Source of the DNA: Klebsormidium nitens
Taxonomy: Eukaryota; Plantae; Klebsormidiophyceae
DNA length: 64,000 nt
Direction of reading: 5' to 3'
NCBI GenBank assembly: GCA_000708835.1
Contig: DF237014.1
Location: 185,148 to 249,147 of the forward strand
Shown: piece by piece, positions 60,340-64,000 of the stretch
How the letters are laid out: each line of letters begins with the position of its first letter
Numbering within the stretch: the stretch's first letter is position 1
Program-made: the position numbers and the translations under genes
Notes under the pieces: model-generated
The model's database searches: none
What the model saw: the letters and a program-made list of their open reading frames with translations, nothing else
What the model was told of the DNA's origin: nothing

Positions 60340-60702
60340 GGCTGCAAGTCTGCGACTTATAATATCATACACATGGATTTATGCATGCAACTCCCAAGAG
60401 GGAGCTAGCAGGAATAAGACATGTAGTCTCTGGAGTCCACCAAAGGTGTATTTTTTACACCACCTTCTCTCCAAGAAGTTTATCTTCAGGCGCCTTCGCG
60501 CCTCTCCCATGCTCACAAGGAGCAAGAACGTTTCGATGGTATCAAAAGATAATTCTTCCCCAATTCCTCAGCCTTGTTAAGAACTATCACCTCTCGCTCG
60601 TGCTACCCTCGATCATGTCTGACGCAGAAGCGAACTCGGACGTGTCCAAGTCAGAGCCTGGTCTTGAGGACGAGCAGCAAAGTGAGGAAGGGTGAAACGT
60701 TC

Positions 60703-61340
60703 NNNNNNNNNNNNNNNNNNNNNNNNNNNNNNNNNNNNNNNNNNNNNNNNNNNNNNNNNNNNNNNNNNNNNNNNNNNNNNNNNNNNNNNNNNNNNNNNNN
60801 NNNNNNNNNNNNNNNNNNNNNNNNNNNNNNNNNNNNNNNNNNNNNNNNNNNNNNNNNNNNNNNNNNNNNNNNNNNNNNNNNNNNNNNNNNNNNNNNNNNN
60901 NNNNNNNNNNNNNNNNNNNNNNNNNNNNNNNNNNNNNNNNNNNNNNNNNNNNNNNNNNNNNNNNNNNNNNNNNNNNNNNNNNNNNNNNNNNNNNNNNNNN
61001 NNNNNNNNNNNNNNNNNNNNNNNNNNNNNNNNNNNNNNNNNNNNNNNNNNNNNNNNNNNNNNNNNNNNNNNNNNNNNNNNNNNNNNNNNNNNNNNNNNNN
61101 NNNNNNNNNNNNNNNNNNNNNNNNNNNNNNNNNNNNNNNNNNNNNNNNNNNNNNNNNNNNNNNNNNNNNNNNNNNNNNNNNNNNNNNNNNNNNNNNNNNN
61201 NNNNNNNNNNNNNNNNNNNNNNNNNNNNNNNNNNNNNNNNNNNNNNNNNNNNNNNNNNNNNNNNNNNNNNNNNNNNNNNNNNNNNNNNNNNNNNNNNNNN
61301 NNNNNNNNNNNNNNNNNNNNNNNNNNNNNNNNNNNNNNNA
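60703..61340. other. Assembly gap
   Basis: Run of N. Confidence 1.
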
Positions 61341-61440
61341 GATTCAAATGCAATAGGTCGACCCTCTTGCAAAAGAACAGCGCCAAGACCGTAGTCAGAA
61401 GCATCCGTTACAACGTCAGCTGTCGTTTGACAAAAGAGCT
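61341..61440 (-). mobile_element. Ty3/gypsy RNase H fragment
   Basis: 'VVTDASDYGLGAVLLQEGRPIAFES' is the canonical gypsy RT-RNase H start. Confidence 0.88.
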
Positions 61441-62350
61441 GAGCATCGACGATATGAGTGGATGGATTATCCACTATATCCCCGATACCCTGGCTCTGAT
61501 TTGGAAGTTCCAAATTAACCTTTATTGAAATCTTCCTGACAACGTCAGCAAAACCAAAAGGCGGTACGGAGAGTGTCAATGTGCAGAGCATGTTACCCAG
61601 CCTGCACTGCGTAAACCCGCCTTCAGCATGTCCCCTTCAAAATAAACGTACCTTTTAACCCAATAAGTGGTTGCAGCAAACTTATGTCAGCAAAACAAAA
61701 AGGCAGCCTACGGCGAATGTCAGTGCTGAACATGGTGTTCAGCGCTGGGCTAAGGACGGAGCCCTTCGGTATATGGTTCCTCCTGAAATAAACTTATAAA
61801 CCAACCCAGCTGATGACTCCAGCAAAAGTGCCACGGTGCGAGTGGATGACGTCATCGAAAGCCTGCATTAAGCCTTAGCTTTCGTTGGCGCCACTCACTC
61901 GTGGAAGGTTTGGTTCGAAATAAACTTACATTTCATAGACAGTTGCTGGCTGGCTTAAGCAAAACGGAGACCGTGACGTCACTCAATGCTTGCTTCTTAG
62001 CCAATGCCATGAGTGTCGCCACCGTCTTCGTGGTGTTTTCACACGAAATAGACTTATACTTCGTTCCTCCGACAATCAGTAAAAGTGCAGGACGGAGTTT
62101 CGAGAAGACGTGGCTTTCAAACCACACATCCACCGAACTCAGTCCTACGTCGAGGCTAATCAAAGTTAAAACTTATAACTTAAAATCGACGCTAGTACTT
62201 TTAGCTTATCTTAGACTGTGCTACAACAGCCATGCACCCCCTTTGACGAACGCACATGCGTACGGAACAAAAGATCTGGTTGTCCCGGGGTTCGAACCCA
62301 ATAATCAAGGCCTGGATCCGAGTATCGTCTTACACCTCGGTGGTCCCACT

Positions 62351-62761
62351 TGTGGCACTCGAAGCCTGCCGCAATACTCTGCGCCACCTAGACCAGCCCG
62401 CGTACAGCTGAAGACGGTCGTTCAGGTCGGCTTACGAGCGTCAGCGCACGAGCGGGGTACTGATCGGATAATGTAAGCCGGAAGCCTGATAACCAACTAG
62501 GTCATCCGTAATTGACCAACACCCTGGTCGATACTCGAACTCCCTTAAAATCTGGTACTTAAGGATCGACAACTCCACCGTCGATTCTTTGACGGTTCCG
62601 TCTTGGTTCCGCTTACGTTCCGTTCCAAAAAGGAATCGGGCTCAGATTCACTTTTGTGATGCCGGTCTGACAACTTTGTCAATGCCCATGTCTTCTTCGC
62701 CCGTACTGCATTCGGGGTACTGAGACAAATATATAAAGACAGCATTCTGACTTTTGTGACA
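62351..62761 (-). mobile_element. Putative ~411-bp LTR
   Basis: TG...CA termini (TGTCACA...TGCCACA on the minus strand). It lies 3' of the integrase-chromodomain ORF and is followed directly by PBS-like AGTGGGACCACCGAGG. Confidence 0.55.
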
Positions 62762-63034
62762 CTGTGGGTCTAAGAACACAGTCGAGGGGCCCACCTGATC
62801 ATGACACGTGGCAGATCAACGGTGGCAGGCAGCTCGTAGAAGGTCGGCGGAACGACAGACGCGGCCGCACGAACTTCGTAGTCACAGAGCTTGCAAAACT
62901 TTGAACAATAATTTTGTCAGAAAACAGTTGAGAGTTGGTTTACAAAAACTCTCAGGTCCTTCGCGCTCTCTTAGCAGCCTTACGAACTGACCTGGTGACA
63001 GCCTTCTGCTTTGGCCTCACAGCCTTAGAAGGCT

Positions 63035-64000
63035 TCACTTGAGTTTGGGCGGGCTCGGGTACACCTTTCCGAAACTTACCCACATAAACACAATACTCTT
63101 CGAAATTTCCTTACGGTTAGTAAGGTTCTTCTTTGGTTGCCATGTATTGTGCTCGGGCCCATACCCTAACCATTTGACCAGGAACTCTGTCTTGGTGCTT
63201 TTTCTGCGTTGAATCGTGCAGTTATCGAGTACTACTCTTTCGACCTCATACTCCAATAAGACATCGATTTCGATGGGTGGTGGAGGCGGCTGCACTCTGC
63301 CATCATTTCTATAGGGCTTCACAAGATTAACGTGAAACACGTTATGCATCTTGAGATTTGGCGGAAGCTTCAACTTATAAGCGACCTTGCCCACCGGTTC
63401 GATCACTTCGAACGGTTCTACCCACTTGGCCCAGAAGCTTGCGAGTCCCTGGATTCGCGAGAGCAAGTTTTGCGTCGAGAGGCGCACTTCCTCCCCCTTC
63501 GCGAAAGAGACGTCCCGTCTCTTCGCGATCAGCAAAAGACTTCATACGCGATTGTGCCGCCAAGATACTCTGTTTTGCACGCGCGAGACTCATATCCATC
63601 TGACGCACAAAGTAGTGGCCTGGGGACCCGAGTTTCCCTGCCCCCATCAAGAGGTGTACGTGGGTGCTGACCAGTGTTTAACATAAACAGGGTTTCCTTA
63701 ACCGACTCTTGCCAAGCATTTTTCACACTAAACTCTGCAAGATACAGCCACTCATTCCAATCGTCCTGCTGAGGACTGACGCAAGTAATGCTTCAGGATA
63801 CGATTAGCCCGCTCAGTTTGTCCATCAGTCTGAGGGTGGAACGCTGTGCTCATCTTTAACTGCGTACCGAGCAGTCTAGCTAGCTCAACCCAGAACTTGC
63901 TTGTAAACCTCGGATCTCTATTCGAAACAAGTTCTACAGGAAGTCCGTGAAGTCTGAACGCGTTATGCGCAAACAACTTCGCAACATCCTCAGCGGAGCA
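63035..64000 (-). mobile_element. Chromovirus (Ty3/gypsy) integrase + chromodomain, frameshifted
   Basis: 'LHGLPVELVSNRDPRFTSKFW...STAFHPQTDGQTERANR', the GPY/F module 'EPFEVIEPVGKVAYKLKLPPNLKMHNVFHVNLVKPY' and chromodomain 'YEVERV...FLVKWLGYGPEHNTWQP'. These are split over several frames. Confidence 0.93.

Overview
Eukaryotic, intron-rich genomic DNA with GC-rich exons and GT-AG introns mostly a few hundred bp long. There are three N-gaps. The gene set (plant-type MED33, NUA/TPR, GCN2, UBP12/13-like, 24-aa plant LRRs) plus a GT60 glycosyltransferase suggests a streptophyte alga, possibly Klebsormidium-like; this is an inference. Supported genes in order: CRIPT (-), secretory-type GT60/Gnt1-like GlcNAc transferase (+), LRR-TM protein spliced to an XK-related-like membrane module (+), MED33 (-), two intronless ORFs (orphan and Cupin_3; +), GCN2 (-), a USP7/UBP12-13 C-terminal-only gene with no catalytic domain (+), a frameshifted orphan coiled-coil gene (+) and NUA/TPR (-). 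Ty3/gypsy (chromovirus) relics occupy both ends of the window. The best novelty candidate is the LRR receptor-like gene, whose C-terminal part is an XK/Xkr-like multi-pass domain rather than a kinase. All family calls are by motif recognition; no database search was run.
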